NCBI GenBank assembly: GCA_040773245.1
Contig: JAXGWO010000004.1
Location: 4,290 to 68,289 of the forward strand
From: PVC group bacterium
GTDB taxonomy: Bacteria; Auribacterota; Erginobacteria; Erginobacterales; Erginobacteraceae
DNA: 64,000 bases
Direction of reading: 5' to 3'
In this document: positions 39,515 to 47,755 of the stretch, one piece after another
Position numbering within the stretch: the stretch's first letter is position 1
How the letters are laid out: each line of letters begins with the position of its first letter
The notes under the pieces: generated by a model
Database searches by the model: none
The model's input: only the letters and a program-made list of their open reading frames with translations
Told to the model about the DNA's origin: nothing
Program-made: the position numbers and the translations under genes

Positions 39515-40228
39515 ATGAGGGAAGAGATCAAGGCGCTGCTGGAGATCCAGGACCTGGATATGGAGATCCGGGAACTGAAGGCTCGCTCCCGGGCGATCGA
39601 AGAGGGCCTCGCTGCCATCCGCGCCGATATCGAGCGGGACGAGCGGTCGATCAGGGAGGAGAAGGAGAAGAGTCTCTCCGCCCGGGTCCGCAGCAAGGAA
39701 CTGGAACTGGAGGTCGAAGAGAAGAAGAGCCAGATCGTCAAATACGAAGGACAGCTCTTCAAGGTCAAGAACAACAAGGAGTACACCGATCTGATCCACG
39801 AGATCGAGGGTTTCAAGGCCGACATCAGGGTGCTGGAAGACCGGATACTGGGGCTGATGGAAGAGGGGGAAGGGGAGCGGAACCTGATGGAAGAAGCCCA
39901 GTCCAACCTGGAGCGGGACCGCCAGCATTACCGGGAAGAAGAGGAAAAGGCCGGGGGGGAAACGAGCCGGATTGAGAGCTCGGTCAGGGAGAAAGAACGG
40001 CTTCGTACGGAAAAGGCGGAGAGGATCAATCCGGAACTGAGGGAACGTTACGAGATCATCTTCGCCCGGAAGCCCGACCGGGCGGTGACGCCGGTCCGTA
40101 GCGGTGTCTGCACCGGGTGCAATATGGAGCTGACCGCCCAGGTTCTCAATGACCTGGCCCGGGAAGAGATGGTCTGCCACTGTGAAAACTGCGGGCGCTT
40201 TATTTTCTTTCCCGAGGAGGAAGCTTAA
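39515..40228 (+). CDS. Zinc-ribbon coiled-coil protein (COG1579-like).
   Basis: Long coiled coil followed by C-terminal CTGCNMEL...CHCENCGRFIF Cys4. The track ORF 39401 starts inside the tRNA; ATG at 39515. Confidence 0.75.
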   Translation: MREEIKALLEIQDLDMEIRELKARSRAIEEGLAAIRADIERDERSIREEKEKSLSARVRSKELELEVEEKKSQIVKYEGQLFKVKNNKEYTDLIHEIEGFKADIRVLEDRILGLMEEGEGERNLMEEAQSNLERDRQHYREEEEKAGGETSRIESSVREKERLRTEKAERINPELRERYEIIFARKPDRAVTPVRSGVCTGCNMELTAQVLNDLAREEMVCHCENCGRFIFFPEEEA

Positions 40229-40283
40229 ACGGGATTTCCGGGATCCCCGGACGCGCGGGACCCGGCATATTTTTCATCGGCAG

Positions 40284-40688
40284 AACGGGGAGAGGTAGAT
40301 GGTCGCCTCCCGCCGCCGCCTTAAGGCGAAGGCGGGGGGAGGAAAGTCCGAACTCCGCAGGGCAGGGCGCCCCGAGAAGATCGGGGGCCCCGGGGGGGAG
40401 ACCCCCCGGGGACGGAAAGTGCCGCAGAAAACAGACCGCCGATGGTCCCGATCCCCGGATCGGGGCACAGGCAAGGGTGAAAAGGTGCGGTAAGAGCGCA
40501 CCGCCCGGCGCGTGAGCGCCGGGGCAGGGCAAACCCCGCCCGGAGCAAGGCCAAATAGGGGCCGAGGTGCTGCCCGCACCGTTCGAGGCCCGGGTAGGCC
40601 GCACTGAGCCCGAGGGCAACCGAGGGCCGAGATAGATGACCATCGCCCCTTAAAGGGGGACAGAATTCGGCTTATTCCTCTCCCCGTC
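40284..40688 (+). ncRNA. rnpB: RNase P RNA, bacterial type A.
   Basis: Universally conserved rnpB blocks are all present: GGAAAGTCCGAACTCC...CAGGGCAGG, GGAAAGTGCCGCAGAAAACAGACCGCC, GGTAAGAGCGCACC, GGGCAAACCCCGCCCGGAGCAAGGCCAAATAGGGG, AGATAGATGA and the P4 3' strand ACAGAATTCGGCTTA. P1 pairs ACGGGGAGAGG with CCTCTCCCCGT. Confidence 0.85.
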
Positions 40689-40709
40689 CTGCCGATCTTT
40701 TCCCTGCCG

Positions 40710-40743
40710 CCCGGCCGGTTTTCCGGCCGGGAATTTTTTTTTC
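40710..40743 (+). terminator. Rho-independent terminator downstream of rnpB.
   Basis: GC hairpin CCCGGCCGG-tttt-CCGGCCGGG followed by a T9 tract. Confidence 0.7.
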
Positions 40744-40906
40744 TGCAAAAATTTCCCCACCGCTCTCTCTACCGGCCGCCCCGCTTTCCGGTCCGCCGCT
40801 CGTCGCAGCTCTTTGCCCGGCAATGGATAAAGATCGAGCGCCGCCGGCGCCGGTTTCGCCTCCCGCCGCCCCCCGCGAGAAAAATCAAAAAATATTGATT
40901 TTCCTG

Positions 40907-40936
40907 TTGACAGGTTTCCGCCGGCGGTCCTATATT
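40907..40936 (+). promoter_or_regulatory. Sigma-70 promoter of the mraZ/dcw operon.
   Basis: TTGACA, an 18-bp spacer, then TATATT. Located about 80 nt upstream of mraZ. Confidence 0.6.
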
Positions 40937-40944
40937 GTAGCCGA

Positions 40945-40974
40945 GTGGTGAATAGTGGGTAATTGTGGTGAATA
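40945..40974 (+). promoter_or_regulatory. Putative MraZ operator: three direct GTGG(T/G) repeats at 10-bp spacing.
   Basis: GTGGTGaata GTGGGTaatt GTGGTGaata lies immediately downstream of the -10, matching the known MraZ binding-repeat architecture. Confidence 0.55.
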
Positions 40975-41014
40975 ACCTGTTCGGAGCAGGCGTCAGCGGA
41001 AGGAGCTGAAGACA

Positions 41015-41437
41015 ATGTTCCTGGGCGAGTACCGGCATACCATTGACAGCAAGGGCCGCGTCTTCATCCCGGCCCGGTTCCGGGAACACGAGAACCAGAG
41101 GTTCTTCGTCAACCGGGGGCTGGACGGCTGCCTGGGGGTCTATAACGAGGAGGGGTGGGCGGCTCAGCAGACCAAGATCAACTCGATGGATATGCTGAAG
41201 AAGGCCGCCCGGGACTTCAAGCGGCTCTATTTCGCCAAGGCCGGGGAGGCGGTCTGCGACCGGCAGGGGCGGATCAACCTCCCCGGGCCGCTGCTGGAAG
41301 AAGCCGGTCTCCAGCGGGAAGTGGTGGTGGTCGGGGTCTCCGATCATATCGAAATCTGGGACGCGGCGCGCTGGGACGAGTACCAGCGGGAAGCCGGCAC
41401 CCGTTACGAGGCAATCGCCGAAAACCTGGCGGAATAA
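41015..41437 (+). CDS. mraZ: Transcriptional regulator MraZ.
   Basis: MFLGEYRHTIDSKGRVFIP and a second DxxxR repeat. 140 aa. Confidence 0.9.
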   Translation: MFLGEYRHTIDSKGRVFIPARFREHENQRFFVNRGLDGCLGVYNEEGWAAQQTKINSMDMLKKAARDFKRLYFAKAGEAVCDRQGRINLPGPLLEEAGLQREVVVVGVSDHIEIWDAARWDEYQREAGTRYEAIAENLAE

Positions 41438-41559
41438 AAGAGAGGGGAGATTGATGAAAAACAGTTCCCGGACCTTGATCGACCTGTTGAGCATGAACAA
41501 GAGCCTGAAGCCGGCCCGGAGATTGAGCGTAAGGTTGAGAGTCCCGAAGAAGAAACGTC

Positions 41560-42462
41560 GTGGCAACGACCGGTAGCCGTCCGGCGTCCGGCCACCTCCC
41601 GGTGATGGCCTCCGAGGTGGCGGAGTACCTCGATCCGCGGCCGGGAAAGATCATTCTCGACTGCACGCTGGGGGAGGGCGGGCACGCGGCCCGGCTGCTC
41701 CCCCGGCTGGTTCCGGGAGGGGTTCTGGTCGGGATGGACCGGGACGGATCGGTCCTGGAGGCCGCCCGGCGGAAGCTGGCCGGATACGGGGAGGCGGTCA
41801 GGATCTTACAAGCCAATTACGCGGACCTGCGGGAGGTGCTGGAGAAGGCGGGGATCGCTGCGGCGGACGGGGTTCTCTTCGACCTCGGGGTCAACTCCGC
41901 CCAGCTCGACAACCCGGCGCGCGGTTTCAGTTTCCTCCAGGACGGTCCTCTGGATATGCGGATGGACGCCGAAAGCGGTCGGCCGGCGGCCGACCTGGTG
42001 AACAAGCTGGGCCGGCGGGAACTGGAATGGCTGATCCGCCAGTACGGGGAAGAGCGGTTCGCCGGCCGGATCAGCCGCCGGATCGTGGAGGAGCGGGAGA
42101 AGTCCCCGATCCGGACCACCGGACGCCTGGCCCGGATCGTGGCCGGGGCGGTCCGGGGCCGGGGGAAGATCCACCCGGCGACCCGGACCTTCCAGGCCCT
42201 GAGGCTGGCGGTCAATGAGGAACTGGAGAACCTGGGCCGGGCCCTGGAGCGGGTCCTGGAGATACTTCGGCCGCAGGGAAGGATTTGCCTGATCGCCTTC
42301 CATTCCCTGGAGGACCGGATGGTGAAACATTCCTTCCGGCGCTGGGCGGGCGAGGGCCGGGTCCGGATCCTGACCGCCAAGCCGGTCCGTCCGGGAGAGG
42401 AAGAGATCAGCCGCAACCCCCGGGCCCGTTCGGCCCGGCTGCGGGCGGCGGAAAGACTGTGA
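41560..42462 (+). CDS. rsmH: 16S rRNA (cytosine1402-N4)-methyltransferase.
   Basis: HLPVMASEV...DCTLGEGGH SAM-binding motif. The start may be a later Met. Confidence 0.9.
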   Translation: MATTGSRPASGHLPVMASEVAEYLDPRPGKIILDCTLGEGGHAARLLPRLVPGGVLVGMDRDGSVLEAARRKLAGYGEAVRILQANYADLREVLEKAGIAAADGVLFDLGVNSAQLDNPARGFSFLQDGPLDMRMDAESGRPAADLVNKLGRRELEWLIRQYGEERFAGRISRRIVEEREKSPIRTTGRLARIVAGAVRGRGKIHPATRTFQALRLAVNEELENLGRALERVLEILRPQGRICLIAFHSLEDRMVKHSFRRWAGEGRVRILTAKPVRPGEEEISRNPRARSARLRAAERL

Positions 42463-42538
42463 GTGCCCGGGAGCGGCGGCGCTCCCGTTCGCTGTTGTCG
42501 CCGGGCGGTCGGCAACCCCGCCGCCAGGGAGGTAGCTG

Positions 42539-42928
42539 ATGAACGAGAATAATTTCGCCTGCCCCGGGCGGCTGGAGATCGGCCGCCTCTGTATCCAGGG
42601 TCTCTGGACCGCGCTGCTGGGCGGGGTCCTGCTCGGGATGTCCTACCTCTGGATTTACTCGCAGGTCATCCAGACCAGCAACGCCCTGGAAATTCACGAA
42701 AACCGCGCCGCCTACCTGGCGGATCGGGCCCTGACCCTGCAGAGCCAGCTGGAAGCGCTGCAGTCGCCCCACTCCATCGCCCGGATGCTGCGGGACCGGG
42801 AGATCGCCCTGGCCGACCCCGATCCCCGCCAGATCGTCCGGGTGCGGCGGGAGGAGTTCCCGGAGGTTTCGCGTCCGCCCCGCGCGGCCGCGCCCGGGGA
42901 CCTGGTTATCCTGAGCATCGCCCGGTAA
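42539..42928 (+). CDS. ftsL: Cell division protein FtsL-like, bitopic with a coiled coil.
   Basis: Single TM helix plus coiled coil, 129 aa, at the conserved position between rsmH and ftsI. Confidence 0.7.
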   Translation: MNENNFACPGRLEIGRLCIQGLWTALLGGVLLGMSYLWIYSQVIQTSNALEIHENRAAYLADRALTLQSQLEALQSPHSIARMLRDREIALADPDPRQIVRVRREEFPEVSRPPRAAAPGDLVILSIAR

Positions 42929-43042
42929 GCTTGTCCTCCCCCGGCCGGCCGGGGGAGGGAAACCGCTGACGGCCCCCGGGTGACCCGGGGGCGGTGAAGA
43001 TTCACGCCGGAAGGGATTAACGCCAGGGATCCTCCCGATTAG

Positions 43043-44755
43043 ATGCATGACGGAATTTATAAGAAAAGATCCCGGACCGTCTTCGGTGTATTTTTGATTT
43101 TTTCCTTCCTCCTCCTCACCCGGCTCTTCGGGCTCCAGTGCCTCCAGCATTCCCGCTACCGCCTCCAGGCCCGGGACCAGCAGCAGAGCACCCACTACCT
43201 CCCCCCCCGCCGCGGGGTGATCTATGACTGCCGGGGGAATATGCTGGCCGCCAGCATCCCCTCCTTCTCCCTCTACGCCGTCCCCCGCGAGGTCCCCCCC
43301 GAGCGGGTCGGCGAGATCGCGGAGCTCCTGGCCCCGGTGGTCGGGCAGGAGCCGGAGACCATCCGCGCCCGGCTCACCGGCGACCGGTGGTTCGCCTGGC
43401 TGAAACGCCACCTGGAGGATGCGGAGGTCGAACGGATCCGGCAGCTCGCCCTCCCCGGGATCGCGCTCCGGGAGGACCGGCGGCGGGTTTATCCGAAGGG
43501 GATCCTGCTCAGCCAGGTGCTGGGGTTCACCGATCCCGACGGCAACGGACTGGAGGGGCTGGAGGCGAAGTTCGACCGGCAGCTCAAGGGTAGGCCCGGC
43601 TGGCTGCTGACCGAGAGGGATGGTGCGCGGCGGGAGGTGACCTGGCACCGTTCCCACTCCCTCGATCCGATCGACGGCTGCAACATCCACCTGACGGTGG
43701 ACGAGGTCATCCAGTCGATCGCCGAGGAGGCGGTGGAAGGGGTCTATCACCGTTACGGGGCGGGCTGGGCCCTGGTCCTGGTGATGGAGCCGGCGACCGG
43801 AAAGATCCTGGCCCTGGCCAACCGCCCTACCTTCGACCCCAACTTCTACGCCCGCTCCACCGCCGAGCAGAGGCGCAACCGGGCGATCACCGACCCGATC
43901 GAGCCCGGCTCGACCTTCAAGGTCTTCCCCGCCGCCGCCGCCCTGGAAGCCGGGCTGGTCGCCCCCGAGACCGAGTTCTACTGCGAGGACGGAGCCTACT
44001 GGATCGGGGGACGGCTGCTGAGGGACAGCAGCCCTCACGGCATCCTCCGTTTCGAGGAGATACTACATAAATCCAGCAACATCGGGATGGCCAAGGTGGG
44101 GGCGATGATGGGGGCGGAGAAGCTCCACCGGTCCCTGGTCCGGTTCGGGATCGGGCGTTCCTACGGGTTTGAGCTTCCCGGCGAGTCGCCGGGGGTGCTC
44201 CGCCCCCCCCGGGAATGGTCCGCGCTCTCGCTGCGGTCCATCACGATGGGGCACGAGGTCTCGATGACCGCCCTCGGACTTCTCACCGCCTTCTCCGCCC
44301 TCGGCAACGGCGGGGTGCTGGTCCAGCCCCGGATCGTCGACCGGGTGGAGACCCCCGCCGGCGAGGTCATCCACCGCTACCCGGTGAAAGAACGGGGCCG
44401 GGTGGTCTCGGAGAGGACCGCCCGCCAGATGCTGGATATCCTGAGCCGGGTGGCGACCGAGGCCGGGACCGCGCGGCGGGCCGCCATCGAAGGTTTCACG
44501 GTGGCGGGGAAGACGGGGACCGCCCAGAAACTTTCCCCGGAGGGGGGGTATTCCCACGATCTTCACCGGGCGCTGTTTATGGGGCTGATCCCGGCCGAAC
44601 GGCCGCAGCTGGCGATCTTGGTGGTGGTCGACGAGCCGCGTCCGGAGTATTACGGTGGGGTGGTGGCGGCCCCCGTCTTCCGGGAAGTCGGGGAGAGGAT
44701 CATCCGCTACCTGGACCTGGCCGCGGCTTCGGCGGACCGGGGGGCCCGATCGTGA
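43043..44755 (+). CDS. ftsI: Penicillin-binding protein transpeptidase FtsI (PBP3).
   Basis: N-terminal TM helix, dimerisation domain, STFK (GSTFKVF), SSN and KTGT motifs. Confidence 0.9.
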   Translation: MHDGIYKKRSRTVFGVFLIFSFLLLTRLFGLQCLQHSRYRLQARDQQQSTHYLPPRRGVIYDCRGNMLAASIPSFSLYAVPREVPPERVGEIAELLAPVVGQEPETIRARLTGDRWFAWLKRHLEDAEVERIRQLALPGIALREDRRRVYPKGILLSQVLGFTDPDGNGLEGLEAKFDRQLKGRPGWLLTERDGARREVTWHRSHSLDPIDGCNIHLTVDEVIQSIAEEAVEGVYHRYGAGWALVLVMEPATGKILALANRPTFDPNFYARSTAEQRRNRAITDPIEPGSTFKVFPAAAALEAGLVAPETEFYCEDGAYWIGGRLLRDSSPHGILRFEEILHKSSNIGMAKVGAMMGAEKLHRSLVRFGIGRSYGFELPGESPGVLRPPREWSALSLRSITMGHEVSMTALGLLTAFSALGNGGVLVQPRIVDRVETPAGEVIHRYPVKERGRVVSERTARQMLDILSRVATEAGTARRAAIEGFTVAGKTGTAQKLSPEGGYSHDLHRALFMGLIPAERPQLAILVVVDEPRPEYYGGVVAAPVFREVGERIIRYLDLAAASADRGARS

Positions 44756-46248
44756 AACTGGCCCGGCTGATCAAGGATCTGGAGCCGGTCGAAACCCGGG
44801 GCAATCTCGGGGTCGAGGTGACCGGTCTCGCCGCCGACTCCCGGCGGGTCTCTCCGGGCGATCTCTTCGTCGCCGTCCCCGGCGCCCGCCGCAACGGGCT
44901 GGAGTTCCTCTTTGAGGCCCGCGACCGGGGCGCGGTGGGGGTGGTGGCGGCCGAGTTCCCTTCCGCCGCCAACGGCAACCTGGTTCAGGTGAAGGTGGAG
45001 GACCCCCGCCGGGCCCTGGGCCTGCTGGCCAACCGGTTCTTCGACTACCCGGCCGCCGGCCTGAAACTGATCGGGGTGACCGGGACCAACGGCAAGACCA
45101 CCGTCTCCATCCTCGCCCGGGCGGTGCTGGAGGAGGCCGGGATACCGACCGGTCTGCTGGGCACCATCTACTACGGGATCGGCCAGCGGCAGATCCCCTC
45201 CAGCCTGACCACGCCGGAACCTCCCCGCCTCCAGGAACTCCTGGCGGAGATGAAGCGGGCGGAGGTCACCCACGCCATTCTCGAGGTCTCCTCCCACGCC
45301 GTCGCCCAGGAACGGCTGGCCGGGATCGAGTTCTCCACCGGTGTCTTCACCAACCTCTCCCGGGAACACCTGGATTTCCACCGGACGATCGACGAGTACC
45401 GGGCCGCCAAGCTCCGGTTCTTCTCCTCCCTCCACCGGGGTTCCCCGGCCCCGGAGGAGAAGACGGTGATCGTCAACATCGACGATCCCCTGTCGGAGAA
45501 GATTCTCCACCGTCTCCCGGTCCCGGCGGTCACCTACGGCTTCTCCCCCCGGGCCGACCTCGCCGCCTCCCGGCTGGCCCCGACCCGGACCGGCACCCGG
45601 TTCACGGTCCGCTGGCGGGACGGACTCATCCCGGTCCGGATAAATCTGCCCGGCCGGCACAACGTCCTCAACGCCCTGGCGGTCTTCGCCCTGGGGCGGA
45701 GCGAGGGGGTCGCCCCGGAGGCGATCGCGCGGACCCTGGAGAATCACCCGGGGATACCCGGCCGCCTGGAACGGGTCGAGACCGGGCGGGGCTTCGATCT
45801 CTTCGTCGATTACGCCCACACCCCGGACGGCCTGGAGAACGTTCTCCCGGCTCTCCGCCGCCTGTACAGGAAGCGGTTGATCCTGGTCTTCGGCTGCGGA
45901 GGGGACCGCGACCCCGGGAAGCGTCCCCTGATGGGGAAGGCGGCCGCCCGCTGGGCGGACCGAGTCATCATCACCTCGGACAACCCGCGCTCGGAAAACC
46001 CCGGCGGGATCATCGCGCAGATCAAGGCCGGGATCCCCCGGGGGTCGCGGGGGGTGAAGGCGATCGAGGACCGGAGGGAGGCGATCGCCGAGGCCTGCCG
46101 GACGGCCCGGCCCGGCGACGCCGTCCTGATCGCCGGGAAGGGGCACGAGCGGGAGCAGATCTTCGCCGACCGGGTCATCCCCTTCGACGACCGGGAGGCC
46201 GTTCGGAAGATCCTGGCCGAACTGCCGAAGAAATATGCCGGGAAGTGA
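44752..46248 (+). CDS. murE: UDP-N-acetylmuramoyl-L-alanyl-D-glutamate--2,6-diaminopimelate ligase.
   Basis: Mur ligase domains, GVTGTNGKTT P-loop. The GTG start overlaps ftsI's stop; track ORF 44215-46248 has a spurious 5' extension. Confidence 0.9.
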   Translation: MKLARLIKDLEPVETRGNLGVEVTGLAADSRRVSPGDLFVAVPGARRNGLEFLFEARDRGAVGVVAAEFPSAANGNLVQVKVEDPRRALGLLANRFFDYPAAGLKLIGVTGTNGKTTVSILARAVLEEAGIPTGLLGTIYYGIGQRQIPSSLTTPEPPRLQELLAEMKRAEVTHAILEVSSHAVAQERLAGIEFSTGVFTNLSREHLDFHRTIDEYRAAKLRFFSSLHRGSPAPEEKTVIVNIDDPLSEKILHRLPVPAVTYGFSPRADLAASRLAPTRTGTRFTVRWRDGLIPVRINLPGRHNVLNALAVFALGRSEGVAPEAIARTLENHPGIPGRLERVETGRGFDLFVDYAHTPDGLENVLPALRRLYRKRLILVFGCGGDRDPGKRPLMGKAAARWADRVIITSDNPRSENPGGIIAQIKAGIPRGSRGVKAIEDRREAIAEACRTARPGDAVLIAGKGHEREQIFADRVIPFDDREAVRKILAELPKKYAGK

Positions 46249-46254
46249 ACGATT

Positions 46255-47706
46255 ATGGAATCGCAGCGGATCAGGACCATCGCCGGCTGGACGAAGGGCA
46301 ATCTGGAGCGGGGCGACCCGGAAGGGACGGCGTCCGGGGTCGCCATCGACAGCCGGACCATCCGTCCCGGGGAGATCTTCCTCGCCCTGGCGGGAGGGAG
46401 GTATGACGGTCACGACTACGCCGCCGCCGCCCTCGATTCCGGGGCGGCCGGGGTGATCCTCTCCCGACCGGCGGCGGAGATCGAGCGGCGGGAGGGAGAG
46501 TTCGCCCTGATCCGGGTCGGGGCCGGACTCCCGGCGCTGGCCGGTCTGGCCCGGGGTTACCGGAGACTGTTCAGCCCGGCGGCCATCGCCGTCACCGGGA
46601 GCAACGGGAAGACCACGACCAAGAACCTGATCGGGCTCTTCCTGGGGGAGGATAGGGCGACCCTGACCGCCCCCGCCAGCTACAACAACCTGATCGGCGT
46701 CTCCCTGACCATCCTCCGGCTCTCCGGGACGGACCGGGCGGCGGTCTTCGAGCTGGGCACCAACCATCCCGGGGAGATCGGGGAACTGGCCCGCCTCTGC
46801 CGTCCCTCGCGGGCGGTGATCACCAATATCGGCCCCGCCCACCTCGGCCGTTTCGGCAGCCTGGAGGCGGTCGCCGCCGAGAAGGGGCAGGTGCTGGAGG
46901 CCCTGGAAGGAGAGAAGACAACCTTCCTCAACACCGACGATCCGCGGGCGGCGGCCCTGGCCGGCCGGGCCCCCGGGGAGGTGATCGGTTTCGGTCTGGA
47001 GCCGCCGGCCCGGGTCCGCGCCCTGGATATCCGCCGCCGCCCCGGCGGGGTCAGTTTCCGGGCCACCCTCCGGGGAGGCGAACTTCCGATCGAGGCCCCG
47101 CTGCCCGGGCGGCACAATATCCTCAACCTGCTGGCCGCCCTGGCGGTTGGGGATCACTTCGGGGTCGATCCCGAGGCGATGCGCCAGGCGGCGCTGAAGG
47201 CCGCCCTTCCCCCCGGACGGATGGAGAGAATCAGGCTGGGTGGGGCGGAGGTCATCAACGACGCCTACAACGCCAACCCGGTCTCGATGACGGCGGCCCT
47301 GGCGGCCTGGCTGGAGATGGACTGCCCGGGAAGAAGGATCCTGGTCAGCGGGGATATGAACGAACTGGGCGATTTCTCCGAAGCCGCCCATCGGGAATGG
47401 GGAGAGCGGTTGTCCGGATCGGGGCTCGACACCCTGATTTTTCTCGGTCCCCTCTCCCGGGCGGCGGCCGAAGCCGCCCGGGCCACCGGCGGGACCGTCC
47501 GGGTGGAGACCGTCGATGACTGCCGGGAAGCGGCGGAGATTTTAAATGCCATCGTCCGTCCCGGGGACAGCGTCCTGCTCAAGGGCTCGCGGAAGATGGG
47601 GCTGGAGGAGATCGTGGAGATACTGAGAAGTCAGAAGTCGGAGGTCAGAAGTCAGAATACAGAATACAGAATTCAGAAGGGGGAGCCGGGGGCCGGGTCA
47701 TTCTGA
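46255..47706 (+). CDS. murF: UDP-N-acetylmuramoyl-tripeptide--D-alanyl-D-alanine ligase.
   Basis: GSNGKTTTKNLI P-loop and Mur ligase domains. The C-terminal approximately 25 aa read into the heptamer repeat array. Confidence 0.9.
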   Translation: MESQRIRTIAGWTKGNLERGDPEGTASGVAIDSRTIRPGEIFLALAGGRYDGHDYAAAALDSGAAGVILSRPAAEIERREGEFALIRVGAGLPALAGLARGYRRLFSPAAIAVTGSNGKTTTKNLIGLFLGEDRATLTAPASYNNLIGVSLTILRLSGTDRAAVFELGTNHPGEIGELARLCRPSRAVITNIGPAHLGRFGSLEAVAAEKGQVLEALEGEKTTFLNTDDPRAAALAGRAPGEVIGFGLEPPARVRALDIRRRPGGVSFRATLRGGELPIEAPLPGRHNILNLLAALAVGDHFGVDPEAMRQAALKAALPPGRMERIRLGGAEVINDAYNANPVSMTAALAAWLEMDCPGRRILVSGDMNELGDFSEAAHREWGERLSGSGLDTLIFLGPLSRAAAEAARATGGTVRVETVDDCREAAEILNAIVRPGDSVLLKGSRKMGLEEIVEILRSQKSEVRSQNTEYRIQKGEPGAGSF

Positions 47707-47745
47707 CTTCTGAATTCTGTATTCTGAATTCTATATTTCAACAAG
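47621..47745. repeat. Heptamer-family palindromic array: CAGAAGT/CAGAATA x8, inverted as ACTTCTG/TATTCTG.
   Basis: AGAAGTCAGAAGTCGGAGGTCAGAAGTCAGAATACAGAATACAGAATTCAGAAG ... CATTCTGACTTCTGAATTCTGTATTCTGAATTCTA between murF and mraY. Confidence 0.8.
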
Positions 47746-47755
47746 GACTTTAACT

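Noticed and set aside
40200-40643. Three small ORFs (two minus, one plus) across 40200-40643.
   Set aside because: They overlap the RNase P RNA gene. Their translations are Pro/Gly/Arg-rich noise.
44215-46248. 677-aa version of murE starting deep inside ftsI (and similarly the 704-aa murD at 48118).
   Set aside because: The N-terminal extensions are low-complexity read-through in an alternative frame of the upstream gene. Conserved Mur ligase N-termini begin at 44752 and 48859.
44707-47391. 894-aa minus-strand ORF antisense to murE and murF.
   Set aside because: High-GC antisense artefact with no recognisable domains. Mur ligase motifs are on the plus strand.
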